DNA of 53,070 bases, taken from contig CAZAYR010000002.1 in assembly GCA_964489365.1 (NCBI GenBank), positions 1-53,070 on the forward strand, given 5' to 3'. A program made the position numbers and the translations under genes. Of this stretch, positions 34,424-43,435 are shown one piece after another; the first letter of the stretch is position 1, and each line of letters starts with the position of its first letter. The notes under the pieces are model-generated. The model was not told where the DNA came from. It saw nothing but the letters and a program-made list of their open reading frames with translations, and made no database searches. This stretch comes from an uncultured Salinarchaeum sp. Lineage in GTDB: Archaea; Halobacteriota; Halobacteria; Halobacteriales; SKNY01.

Positions 34424-35656
34424 TCAGGACCCCTCATAACCCGAGCCCATGCGAATCGGCTGCATCGATCGATAGGTCAGGACGCGCCAGATCCACTCGA
34501 GCGGCCCGAAGCGGAAATACCGCAGCCAGAGGACGGAGAGGGGAACCTGGACCGCCCAGATCAGGGCCATGATGCCAAACGCCTCCACCCGGCTGACCTC
34601 CGCGAACAGTCCGAGCCCGTGGCCGTAGAAGATCAGCGTCGCGAGGACGGTCTGGAGGATATAGTTGCTGAAGGCAGTGCGCCCGACCGCCGCCAGGGCC
34701 CGGGTCACGAGGCCGGACGGACGCCAGTCGGCAAGAAGCATGATGACGCCGATATATGCGCCCGCCAGCAGAAAGCTGCCCCAGTAGTTGAACTGTCGCC
34801 AGTACAAGGCGACGCCAGGGGCCCAATCGTTCGCTTCGATGAACCAGACCCCCGCCAGGATGATCGCGAGTCCGGACACGGCCCCGCCCGCGATCAGCCG
34901 GAGGTAAAACCGCCGCGAGCGATCGTTCGTCAACACGCCCCACTTGAACAAGGCCATGCCGAAGAGCATCGATCCGGCGGCCCGCCAGAACGAGAGGAAG
35001 AGGAACCCGGACGTCTGGCGCTCGAAGGCCGCGGGCGCGCGGTGCTCGAGTTGTTCGATCCAGCCGCCCTGGTAGGCGGCGATCTCGTCCTGTAACGCGG
35101 CCGCCGCCGGCTGCCACTGCGCTTCGATCGCGGCGGGATCGGCGGCCAGTGCCGAGGATACCTCGATGAGCGAGGGCACGGCCACCAGCACGAAGCCGAG
35201 ACGGGCCAGCCGGTAGGCGGGAAGGTCCCGGAAGAAGACGACGAAGAAGGCGCACAACCCGTAGGCCACGAGGATATCCCCGTACCAGAGCACGTAGGCA
35301 TGCAGCAGTCCGAAGATCACCAGCCAGCTGTTCCGTCGGAAGAAGAGGGCAAACGTCGAGCCGGATTTTCGCTCGGCGCTTTCCGTGAAGAGGATCACCC
35401 CGGCCCCGAAGAGGACGGTAAAGAGGGTAATGAACTTCTGGCGCGCGAAGACTTCGGCGAGGAACCAGGCGACGTAGTTCGCTCCGGTGAGCTCCCCGTA
35501 GGCCGTCGGGTTGAACAGCACGGCCTCCGGCATCGAGAAGACCTGGATGTTGATGACGAGGATGCCGAGGAGCGCGAACCCCCGGAGCGCGTCGAGGGAG
35601 ACGATCCGTTCGGACGGGGGCGTCGGCCCCTCCTCGGCACTCATACGCGATGCCAT
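34424..35656 (-). CDS. DUF418 (YeiB-like) membrane protein
   Basis: RIVSLDALRGFALLGILVINI N-terminus, about 10 TM helices, and the C-terminal motif GPLEWIWRVLTY. Confidence 0.8.
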   Translation of the reverse strand: MASRMSAEEGPTPPSERIVSLDALRGFALLGILVINIQVFSMPEAVLFNPTAYGELTGANYVAWFLAEVFARQKFITLFTVLFGAGVILFTESAERKSGSTFALFFRRNSWLVIFGLLHAYVLWYGDILVAYGLCAFFVVFFRDLPAYRLARLGFVLVAVPSLIEVSSALAADPAAIEAQWQPAAAALQDEIAAYQGGWIEQLEHRAPAAFERQTSGFLFLSFWRAAGSMLFGMALFKWGVLTNDRSRRFYLRLIAGGAVSGLAIILAGVWFIEANDWAPGVALYWRQFNYWGSFLLAGAYIGVIMLLADWRPSGLVTRALAAVGRTAFSNYILQTVLATLIFYGHGLGLFAEVSRVEAFGIMALIWAVQVPLSVLWLRYFRFGPLEWIWRVLTYRSMQPIRMGSGYEGS

Positions 35657-35912
35657 GGCCGAGGCCGTATGTAAAGGGGACGAAACCCCGCCGTTCGCGG
35701 ACGGGGCCTTGCCGTTATACCCGCTCGACCATCATCGGACCAGCCCCAGCTCGTCGCACTCGTTCTCGTCTCTGAGGAGTTCTAGCTGTTCGTCCCGTTA
35801 GGTTGGCGCCAGCGATACCGTCCGCACACGTAACCAAAATTACGGAGTCAATAGCAACGAGAGGCTTCAGATTGCCCTCACGTCCCGTTCCATTGCCGAA
35901 CGGGAGGGTATC

Positions 35913-36721
35913 ATGAGTGATTCGGATTCACCGTTTCGGCGGCGCACAGTACTCAGCGGGCTCGGCGCAGGCCTGGTTGGTGGGGTCACACTGAGTGGAA
36001 ACGCGACCGGCCGGGGGATGGGTCCGGTGATGAGGGTGGCGACGGCCAGCCCAGGTCGACCTGTATGCAATCGGACTGTATCCATCCGGTTCTCGGCTAC
36101 TCCGGGCTTACACCGGATGAAAGCCTCCCTGGGTCGCTACGACCCGATCACGAGGTCGATCTCATTACCGAACTCCCGCCCCAACCGGAGGGCAACGAAG
36201 GAGAAGAAACGGGACCGGCGAACGAAGCGGAAAATGGGCAAGACGAGGGGGACGCCCCCGCGTTTCCGAGTTTTTACTTCGAACCGACGGGCATCCACGT
36301 CCACCCGGGCGACGTAATTCGGTTCAACCTCGCGACGCCGGACCATACCGTCACGGCATATCACCCCGGTCACGGGCGCCAACGTCGCGTCCCGGAAGGC
36401 GTCGGACCGTTTTCCTCGCCGGTACTTGCAGGGGGGATGTTCTGGCTGTACCGCTTCGACGAACCGGGCGTCTACGACGTACTCTGTGCCCCACACGAGA
36501 TCTTCGGGATGGTCGGGCGAATCGTCGTCGATCACGTCGAGGACACGGCCTTCGGCGATGAGGGTCGCCCGCCCGAACTCACCGCAGCCCTGGTCTTCGA
36601 GGATCCCGCGCTGGAACCGGCCAACATCATCGAGGAGGGCTCCATCTCCTGGGATGCGCTCGCGGAGGAAAGTAAACGGATCCTCGTCGAGCTCCCCGAA
36701 GCGGAACCCAACGGCGAATAA
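35913..36721 (+). pseudogene. Tat-signal type-1 copper (cupredoxin/halocyanin-like) protein split by a 1-nt frameshift
   Basis: Frame of 35913: MSDSDSPFRRRTVLSGLGAGLVGGVTLSGNATGRG (Tat signal), then nonsense. The frame of 36065 is open from 35921 and continues DGSGDEGGDGQP... into a cupredoxin domain. That domain has His ligands (DHTVTAYHPGH) and CAPHEIFGM (C-x2-H-x4-M). The frames meet at the G5 run at 36013-36017. Confidence 0.6.
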
Positions 36722-36751
36722 CCACGAACCGTTGGGCCGACCATCCCCACA

Positions 36752-38899
36752 CTATTGTTCGACGAAATCCACGTCAATGATTTCGAACCGCGCACCGCCC
36801 GCCGTGCCCTCCGTCACGTCGATCGTCCACCCGTGAGCCTCAACGATCTGGGCCACGCTCTTCAGCCCGACGCCGGATCCGCCTTCCTTCGTGGTGAACC
36901 GCCAGTCGAACACTTGCTCCCGTCGCTCCTCCGAAATCCCTGGGCCATCGTCCTCGACGTAGAAGCCATCCTCGAGGGGGCCGACCGTCACGGTGACCGC
37001 TTCTCCACCGTGCTCGACGGAGTTCCGGAAGAGATTCATGAGCAACCGTTCGAGGAGACTGGGATCGGCCATCATCGGATCGACCGCCACGAACTCGATG
37101 TCCGGGTTGATCTCGCCTTTCTCCATGTCGTCCCACATCCGCCGGGCCAGCGCGATGAGGTCGGTTTCGCTCGGATCCGTTACCGTGGCCCCGGTTTGGG
37201 TCATCTCGAGCACATCCTCGATGATGGTCTCGATCCGGGCGAGGGATCGTTCGATAGCATCGATATGCTCCGCGTTCTGGCCGTCCTCGAGGAATGGCAG
37301 ATGCCCTTTCGCGACGGATAGCGGGTTGCGCAGGTCGTGCGTGAGGACGCTGCCAAATTCTTCCATTCGGGCGAGATGTTGCTCGAGTTCGCGCTGTGTC
37401 CGTTTTCGCTCCGTGATATCGCGGCCGATGCCGACGAACCCGATGATCTCGCCGGTGGCATCCTTCAGGCGACGCCGACGGAATTCGTACGGAATCTGCG
37501 AGCCGTCCTTCGTGACAAAGTGAGACTGCGTCGTCACGATCTCGTCTGAGTCCAACAGTTGCTCGTGTTCGGAGGCGAATCGCTCGTGGTCGTCCTCGGG
37601 GATCAACTCCATGACGGGGAGATCTTCCAGCGTGTCCCCCGAATATCCCGTCACATCGACCAGTCGATCGTTAAAACGGAGGAACTTCCGGTCGAGATCG
37701 ATCACGTAAAACACGTCGGCGAGCGCGTCGAACTGTTCCTGTGTCTGTCGGATCGATTCCTCCCGGGCCCGGCGCTCGGTCATGTCCCTGATCACGAGCG
37801 CGTATCCCCGGTGGCTACCGTCGTCGGTGGACAGTGCCGTCACGACCTCCTCCGACCAGAACCGTTCGTTCTCGGCAGAGAGTCGCCAGCCTTCGGCGGT
37901 GGCAGACTCGTGCCGTCGCGCCCGTCGGCAGAGTTCCTCCGGGACGTCGTCATCCAATGCTTCCTCCGGGTACAACTTGGAGAGGTGGTTTCCAAGGATC
38001 TCGGTCCGCCCGTAGCCGGTGACGGCCTCCGCGCCGGTGTTCCACGAGGTGATATACCCGTCGGGATCGAGGAGGACGATCGCGTACTCCTCGACGTGCT
38101 CGATAAACAGATCGAGCAATTCGCGTCGTTCGCGGCGTCGCTCCTGGGCGACTTCCGCGTCGGAGAGATCACGAACGAGACAGATCATCGTCCCTTCGTC
38201 CGAGTACGTCAGCGCGTGATTGACGAGTTGACGGGCGCCGTCCTTTCGCTGATAGACGGTATCGCCGGACCAGTAGCCTTCCTCCGGGATGCGCGGGAGA
38301 ATCTCCTCGGTGATCCGCGAGATCTGGTCGTTCGGGTACACGGTCTCCCAGAACTCGCCCATGAGTTCATCCTGTTCGTACCCCACGATCTCCGTATACG
38401 CGTCGTTCACGTAGATAAACTCGCCAGCTTCGTCGAGCAGGGCGATCCCCTCCCGGGAGCGATCCATCGCCTGGAAGGCCCGTTGGACGAGGGATTCGGC
38501 GCGGAGTTTGCCCACCGCGTTCTCGATCCGGTTGGCGAGCACGGTGTACTGGTCCGTCCCGCCACCTTTCTGGAGGTAATCCGTGACGCCTGCAGAGATC
38601 GCCTCGCTCGCAATCTCCTCGGACCCCTTGCCCGTGAATAGGATGAACGGCAACTCCGTGTCTTCCGAACGGATATCCCGCAGGAGATCGATGCCGCTGT
38701 CCCCCGGCATGTCGAAATCCGAGACGACGCAGTCGAAATCCTCCTCCTCAAGTTTCCCCAGCCCGTCGGTAGCATCGGTGGCGATTTCGATCCGAAACTG
38801 GTCGTTTTCACGACGGAGATACGTCCGACATAGGTCCGCGAAAGCCGGTTCGTCCTCCACATGAAGAATGCGGATTGGCCCCTCCGGTGCCCCCACCAT
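36752..38899 (-). CDS. Hybrid receiver-PAS sensor histidine kinase
   Basis: REC domain (IRILHVEDEP, CVVSDFDMPGDSG, ILFTGKG). Three to four PAS repeats. H-box FGSVLTHDLRNPLSV. HATPase_c (NLFRNSVEHG, DDGPGI, GSGVGLKSV). ATG 38899 is preferred over GTG 38911; an AT-rich element lies about 26 nt upstream. Confidence 0.9.
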   Translation of the reverse strand: MVGAPEGPIRILHVEDEPAFADLCRTYLRRENDQFRIEIATDATDGLGKLEEEDFDCVVSDFDMPGDSGIDLLRDIRSEDTELPFILFTGKGSEEIASEAISAGVTDYLQKGGGTDQYTVLANRIENAVGKLRAESLVQRAFQAMDRSREGIALLDEAGEFIYVNDAYTEIVGYEQDELMGEFWETVYPNDQISRITEEILPRIPEEGYWSGDTVYQRKDGARQLVNHALTYSDEGTMICLVRDLSDAEVAQERRRERRELLDLFIEHVEEYAIVLLDPDGYITSWNTGAEAVTGYGRTEILGNHLSKLYPEEALDDDVPEELCRRARRHESATAEGWRLSAENERFWSEEVVTALSTDDGSHRGYALVIRDMTERRAREESIRQTQEQFDALADVFYVIDLDRKFLRFNDRLVDVTGYSGDTLEDLPVMELIPEDDHERFASEHEQLLDSDEIVTTQSHFVTKDGSQIPYEFRRRRLKDATGEIIGFVGIGRDITERKRTQRELEQHLARMEEFGSVLTHDLRNPLSVAKGHLPFLEDGQNAEHIDAIERSLARIETIIEDVLEMTQTGATVTDPSETDLIALARRMWDDMEKGEINPDIEFVAVDPMMADPSLLERLLMNLFRNSVEHGGEAVTVTVGPLEDGFYVEDDGPGISEERREQVFDWRFTTKEGGSGVGLKSVAQIVEAHGWTIDVTEGTAGGARFEIIDVDFVEQ

Positions 38900-39145
38900 G
38901 ACTGTTATCACTTGTTAGATAACGTTAATCTATGGGCTAACCCCCGAGACAGCATTTAGATGTGAGAGTCACGACGAAATTCGTGCCAAATCACCGAGAC
39001 TGCTGACGGACCCGAACGCGAGAGTTCTTCGGGCGGGGCGGATGATGGAGAACGGACATCGATTCATCGATCTGATGTCTTGACGGGAAGCGTGAGATAC
39101 CGGGGAAGGGACGTACTCCGCCGTGCGATGGACGATGCGAGCGGG

Positions 39146-39483
39146 TTAGCCCGCTCCATCCATGCGCGCCCGGCAAGCCGCGCACCGCGACGCGAGCTCG
39201 CGGCAATTGGCCACGCGATCGAGGGTCCAGGCGTCGAAGCGATCGGTGTAGGCCAACGGCGAGTCATGGCCGATCCCCGCTTCGGTCATTTCGTTCGCCA
39301 ACGCATCGTGGCGGGCCTGAATCTCCGCGGTATCGATCTAGTCTTGCTCCGCATGGCCCGTACGACGGCTTCGGCGTGTGGATGATTCCCGATCGTGCCG
39401 ACGACCTGGTGCATCTCGGCGTGGTCGCCGATGAGATGCTGGTCGCACAGCCACCGGGGATCGATGCCCCACATCCGGGTCAT
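39146..39483 (-). pseudogene. T4 endonuclease V-like pyrimidine-dimer DNA glycosylase family gene, disrupted
   Basis: N-terminal MTRMWGIDPRWLCDQHLIGDHAEMHQVVG parallels T4 endoV MTRINL...LADQHLMAEYRELPRVFG. After ...HPHAEAVVR the frame shifts at the CCC run 39357-39359. The continuing frame reads GHAEQD-TAG(39338-39340)-IDTAEIQARHDALANEMTEAGIGHDSPLAYTDRFDAW...MDGAG*. Confidence 0.6.
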
Positions 39484-39525
39484 GCTCGATGATAACCGCG
39501 CGAGTACGTGTGGCTGAATCGCGCC

Positions 39526-40347
39526 CTATAGTCCCAGAATCTCGCGGGTTTGCTCGGGATCGGCGACCGGGCGTTCGAGCATGTCGGCGAGATTGGCCGC
39601 CCGCTCGACGAGCTGGGCGTTACTTTCCGCGAGTTCGCCGTAGCGGTAGTACACGTTGTCCTCCATGCCGACGCGCACGTGGCCGCCCAACAGCAGTGCC
39701 ATGGTCGTCAGCGGGAGCTGATGCCGGCCGATCCCCATCGCCTGCCACTCGGCGCCCTCGGGCAGGTTCTGGACCATATTGAGCACGTTCCGTGGATGCG
39801 GCTTCGTCGAGATGGCCATCCCGAAGATCACCGTGGTCCAGTAGGGTTCCTCGAGCAAGTCCTCCTCGATGAGGTCGTCCATCTTGTCGAACTCCCCGTC
39901 GTTGAACAGCTCGATCTCCGGTTTGACCCCGAGATCCTGCATGGTCTCGCCGAACTCGATGTGTTGGTCGCGGGGCAACGACTGAATGAGGTCGATGGTC
40001 GCGAGGTCCGGCGCCGGATCGACCCCCTTCACCGGCGCGATGCGATCTTCCGGCGAAGTGCCGCCTCCGGTCGTGAAGTTGACGAGCATCTCCGGCGCGC
40101 GCTCGTCGATCAGATCGCGGATCTTCTGGAACTTGGCGGGGTCCTTCGTTGGGTCCCCGTTCTCGTCGCGGGCATGGATGTGGACGATCGTCGCGCCGGC
40201 GTCCCGACACGCCACGACATCCTCGACGATTTCCTCGGGTTGCTCGGGGAGGTTCTCGTTGGCTTCCTTCCCGTGCATCCCGCCCGTCGTCGCGACGCTG
40301 ATGATGACCGGCTTTTCGAAGTAATCCTCGTACCCTTGATAGGCCAT
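39526..40347 (-). CDS. BKACE family enzyme (3-keto-5-aminohexanoate cleavage-like, DUF849)
   Basis: KPVIISVATTGGMHGKE, AGATIVHIHARDENG and LVNFTTGGG motifs of the TIM-barrel Zn-dependent BKACE family. Start at ATG 40347. Confidence 0.85.
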   Translation of the reverse strand: MAYQGYEDYFEKPVIISVATTGGMHGKEANENLPEQPEEIVEDVVACRDAGATIVHIHARDENGDPTKDPAKFQKIRDLIDERAPEMLVNFTTGGGTSPEDRIAPVKGVDPAPDLATIDLIQSLPRDQHIEFGETMQDLGVKPEIELFNDGEFDKMDDLIEEDLLEEPYWTTVIFGMAISTKPHPRNVLNMVQNLPEGAEWQAMGIGRHQLPLTTMALLLGGHVRVGMEDNVYYRYGELAESNAQLVERAANLADMLERPVADPEQTREILGL

Positions 40348-40536
40348 AGCTACCACGGCGTCCCTTCGGGGCTTGAATCGTTCGGATGTACGGGAGGCCC
40401 AGCGCGATCCTGCTCCCGTCTTCTGATCGGATGCCACTCGGGAGTGGGACGGCGGTGTAGGTCGTACGAGAGGTCTCCGAATCATGTGATTCACGGCCGC
40501 TTGAATAATTGATAAGGCGCTTGCGCGCTAATCTGT

Positions 40537-40552
40537 CCCATGGTACCATGGG
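40537..40552. promoter_or_regulatory. Perfect 16-bp palindrome CCCATGGTACCATGGG overlapping the start codon of the wHTH regulator
   Basis: Read directly from the sequence. It contains the ATG at 40548. By rough estimate, about 1-2 such palindromes are expected by chance in a window of this size and composition. Confidence 0.3.
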
Positions 40553-40889
40553 TGATGGCACTCAGGCCGTCGACCCCGATGCGGGGCCGACGGTAACGGA
40601 GACCTTGGATCTCCTCCGCCACGAGTATCGTCGGCGGATCCTCGGTGCCTGCCTCGAGGCCGAGCGGCCGGCCGTCGAACTGGACGAGATCATCGAGGCG
40701 ATCTCCGAGGCCGACTCGGGGCGCGAGCCGGCGGAGGCGGAGATCGCGTCCGAACTCCGGCACCAGCACCTGCCCAAACTCGCGGAATACGGGGTGATCG
40801 AGTACGACGAGCGCTCCCGCGCGGTCCGCTATCACCGATCGGAGGTGGTGGAAGCGCTGTATCAGACGATCTCGGCCTACTCCGAATAA
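40548..40889 (+). CDS. Haloarchaeal winged-helix (ArsR-like, DUF7344-type) transcription regulator
   Basis: LDLLRHEYRRRILGACL...ELRHQHLPKLAEYGVIEYD pattern typical of this haloarchaeal family. ATG 40548 is preferred over TTG 40509. Confidence 0.7.
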   Translation: MGDGTQAVDPDAGPTVTETLDLLRHEYRRRILGACLEAERPAVELDEIIEAISEADSGREPAEAEIASELRHQHLPKLAEYGVIEYDERSRAVRYHRSEVVEALYQTISAYSE

Positions 40890-40937
40890 GCGCCGATGGG
40901 AACGGTCGACCTGCGTCAGCATGACCGCCGCTGTGCC

Positions 40938-42500
40938 TCAGGCCACCAGTTCGTCCCTCGTCGTCGCCCGATCGAGTTTCCCCGTCACCGTCCGCGGGAG
41001 CGTGTCCTCGACGATCTCGTACGCGCGGGGCCGTTCGAAGCGTGCCACCTCGTCGCTCTCGAGACACCACTCGTCGAGCTCCTCGGGGGTCACCGAGCCG
41101 TCGGCTGCGTTGATGACGGCGGTGACCTTCTGGCCGAACTCCTCGTCCTCGACACCCACGACGGCCGCCTTTTCGACCTTCGGGTGGTCGTCGAGCCGTT
41201 CCTCGATGGGCGACGGGCTGACCTTGATGCCCTTGGTCTTGATGATGAAGTCCTTCCGGCCCTCGAGGTAGAGGAAGCCGTCCTCGTCACGATAGCCCAT
41301 GTCGCCCGACCGCCACCAGCCATCGACGAAGGCCTCCTCGAGTTTCGCCGTGTCGTTCCAGGCCCAGACGGGCTGGTCGTTCGTCCGGACGAGGATCTCG
41401 CCGACCTCGCCGTCCGGCAGCGTGTCCTCCGGGGAGCCATCCGGATCGACGACGCGGACGTCCGTGCCCGGCGTCGGCTTGCCGACGGTTCCCACGACAT
41501 CCTCGTGATCGCCGTCGTGCATGATATACGTCACCACCGACTCGGTCGCCGAATAGCTGTTCACGACCCGATCGCACACGTTCTCCCGGAGCGCTTCGAG
41601 CGTATCGATGGTGAGTTTCTCGCCGACGGCCGCCACGGACTCCAGCGAACGCAGGTCGTACTGGTCGAACTCGTCGACCCCCAACAGCTCGTGCCACATC
41701 GTCGGCACCATCCCGAGGCCCGTGAGTTCCTTCTCCTCGATCAGGCTGAGGTATTTTTCGGGATCCCACTCGCGGACGAAGTACGTCCGCGGCCGGGAGA
41801 GCAGCGCCGGGATGGTCCCCGAATACCAGGCCGCAAAGGAGGGGGTCAGGCCCTGCAAGCGCCGTGTCCCCTGGGAACTGCCCCCGAGCGAGAGGAGCTT
41901 CATGCCCCGGTCGAGCAGCCCGCGATGGGTGAAACACCAGCCCTTCGGAAACCCCGTCGTCCCGGAGGTCCAGATGACCGCAGCCAGGTCGTCCTGCCCG
42001 ACGCTGACGTCCGGCGGGTCCGCTTCCCGGCCGTCCATGAACGCCGCGACGGATTCCTCGTAGGGGTGCGTGGCCTCGCCGAGCACGACCACGTTCCCGA
42101 TCGACGCCGCGACCTCGTCATAGACCGCCTCGTGGTACAGATCCGAGAAGCCTTCATCGATCACCACGACCTGGGGTGAAAGTTCGTCCACGCAATACTG
42201 GAGTGTCTCCGGCGAGGCCTTGGTGTGGAGGTTCGAGACGACGCATCCGGCCTTGACCGCGCCCATCCACTGGGTGACGTGGGCCGTCGAACCCTCACAG
42301 ATGAACGCGATCCGGTCGCCCTGGCCGGCGTGCTCGCGAAACGCGTTCGCGGCCCGGTCGCTGCGATCGTGGAACTCGTTCCACGTGTGGGCTTCCTCCG
42401 TCCACGCGTCGACGAAGGCGATCTCCCCGCCCTCATTCCGCGCGGCGATACCCGCGAGATCCTTGATCGTATGCCGATGGGGGGTCGAGTGAGATTGCAT
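40938..42500 (-). CDS. AMP-dependent acyl-CoA synthetase/ligase
   Basis: AMP-binding motifs WTSGTTGFPKGW, YSATES, SGDMGYRDEDGFLYLEGRKDFIIKTKG, and a C-terminal PRTVTGKLDR. Confidence 0.9.
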   Translation of the reverse strand: MQSHSTPHRHTIKDLAGIAARNEGGEIAFVDAWTEEAHTWNEFHDRSDRAANAFREHAGQGDRIAFICEGSTAHVTQWMGAVKAGCVVSNLHTKASPETLQYCVDELSPQVVVIDEGFSDLYHEAVYDEVAASIGNVVVLGEATHPYEESVAAFMDGREADPPDVSVGQDDLAAVIWTSGTTGFPKGWCFTHRGLLDRGMKLLSLGGSSQGTRRLQGLTPSFAAWYSGTIPALLSRPRTYFVREWDPEKYLSLIEEKELTGLGMVPTMWHELLGVDEFDQYDLRSLESVAAVGEKLTIDTLEALRENVCDRVVNSYSATESVVTYIMHDGDHEDVVGTVGKPTPGTDVRVVDPDGSPEDTLPDGEVGEILVRTNDQPVWAWNDTAKLEEAFVDGWWRSGDMGYRDEDGFLYLEGRKDFIIKTKGIKVSPSPIEERLDDHPKVEKAAVVGVEDEEFGQKVTAVINAADGSVTPEELDEWCLESDEVARFERPRAYEIVEDTLPRTVTGKLDRATTRDELVA

Positions 42501-42655
42501 ACGGGTGGGCTCGGCCCAAATTCGATGCCGGCCCTTTCATTGGTTTCGATACCGGGGTCGGTGTCCTCCCGACCTGCCTTGCCCGGAGTATCACACGGAG
42601 ACCCGACCGCGATCGGGAGATCGAGGCGTTCGAGCGGCTTCGGCGTCTGTCCCGC

Positions 42656-43243
42656 TCACCGGCCGACGTGCGTGGCCACCGCCTCGCGGGCACGCGCGAC
42701 GTGTCGGTGGGCGTTCTCCGTCACGGCCGGACCGTGGCCCGCATACAGTTCCTTGAGTGACGCATCCACCCGCTCGGCGACACGTTCGACGCTCGCCGCA
42801 AGCGCTTCCGGATCGCCACCTTCGAAGTCGGTCCGACCGACGTTGCCGTTGGGGAAGAGCAGATCCCCGGAGAGGAGCACCTCCCCGTCCCGGGAGAGAA
42901 AACAGAGGTGATCGACGGCGTGCCCGGGAGTGAATAGCGCTTCGTATGCCCGGTCGCCGAGCTGGATCACGTCCCCGTCCGCGATCCCCCGATCCACGAG
43001 CGGATTGTCGGTATCATATCCCCAACAATCGACGCCGAAGGCGTCGGTGATCGCATCGACATTGCCGACATGATCCGGGTGGGTGTGGGTCAGTACGAGC
43101 GCGTCGATCTCCGAGACGTGCTCCCGTATCGCCCCCACGGCGTCGAAGTCCGTCCCCGCATCGATGACGACCGGGCGATCGCCGGTGACGAGGAATGCAT
43201 TGCTGGTGAACCCAGCCACCCCGGACGCGAGATTCGTAATCAT
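42656..43243 (-). CDS. MBL-fold hydrolase (glyoxalase II / thioesterase-like)
   Basis: NAFLVTGDRPVVIDAG, LTHTHPDHVGN, TPGHAVDH. Start at ATG 43243 (MITNLASG). Confidence 0.8.
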   Translation of the reverse strand: MITNLASGVAGFTSNAFLVTGDRPVVIDAGTDFDAVGAIREHVSEIDALVLTHTHPDHVGNVDAITDAFGVDCWGYDTDNPLVDRGIADGDVIQLGDRAYEALFTPGHAVDHLCFLSRDGEVLLSGDLLFPNGNVGRTDFEGGDPEALAASVERVAERVDASLKELYAGHGPAVTENAHRHVARAREAVATHVGR

Positions 43244-43435
43244 ACTCCCGGCTCGGCCCCGCGCCGATTTGTGTGTTCCCGTTGCGACGTGGTCGACAGG
43301 CCACACCGGACCGGTAACTCGCGAGTCGGGGTGTCGGAAAGTCGGGGGTTACCCAGCGGGCGCCTTGCGAACCGCGAGCCGTTGCGGCCGACCCGCTAGG
43401 ATTAAGACCCTCGCTATACCCTCCTCCCCAATCAG

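Noticed and set aside
35884-35904. 7-bp hairpin (CCCGTTC-n7-GAACGGG) overlapping a GGAGG just upstream of the cupredoxin ATG. A similar 7-bp hairpin lies at 34351-34369, downstream of the DUF418 gene
   Set aside because: These short stems are expected by chance in GC-rich DNA. There is no flanking oligo-T or conserved context that I can evaluate, and the first precedes a gene that appears to be inactivated.
38917-38934. Near-palindromic AT-rich element TAGATAACGTTAATCTA upstream of the hybrid kinase
   Set aside because: It is imperfect (one extra base breaks the symmetry). It coincides with the position expected for the TATA box of the ATG at 38899, which explains the AT-richness without invoking an operator.
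39338-39340. In-frame TAG in the endoV-like gene as a possible pyrrolysine or read-through codon
   Set aside because: The same gene also carries a frameshift about 20 nt upstream. Pyrrolysine decoding is not known in Halobacteria, and no pyl genes are visible here. A pseudogene is the simpler explanation.
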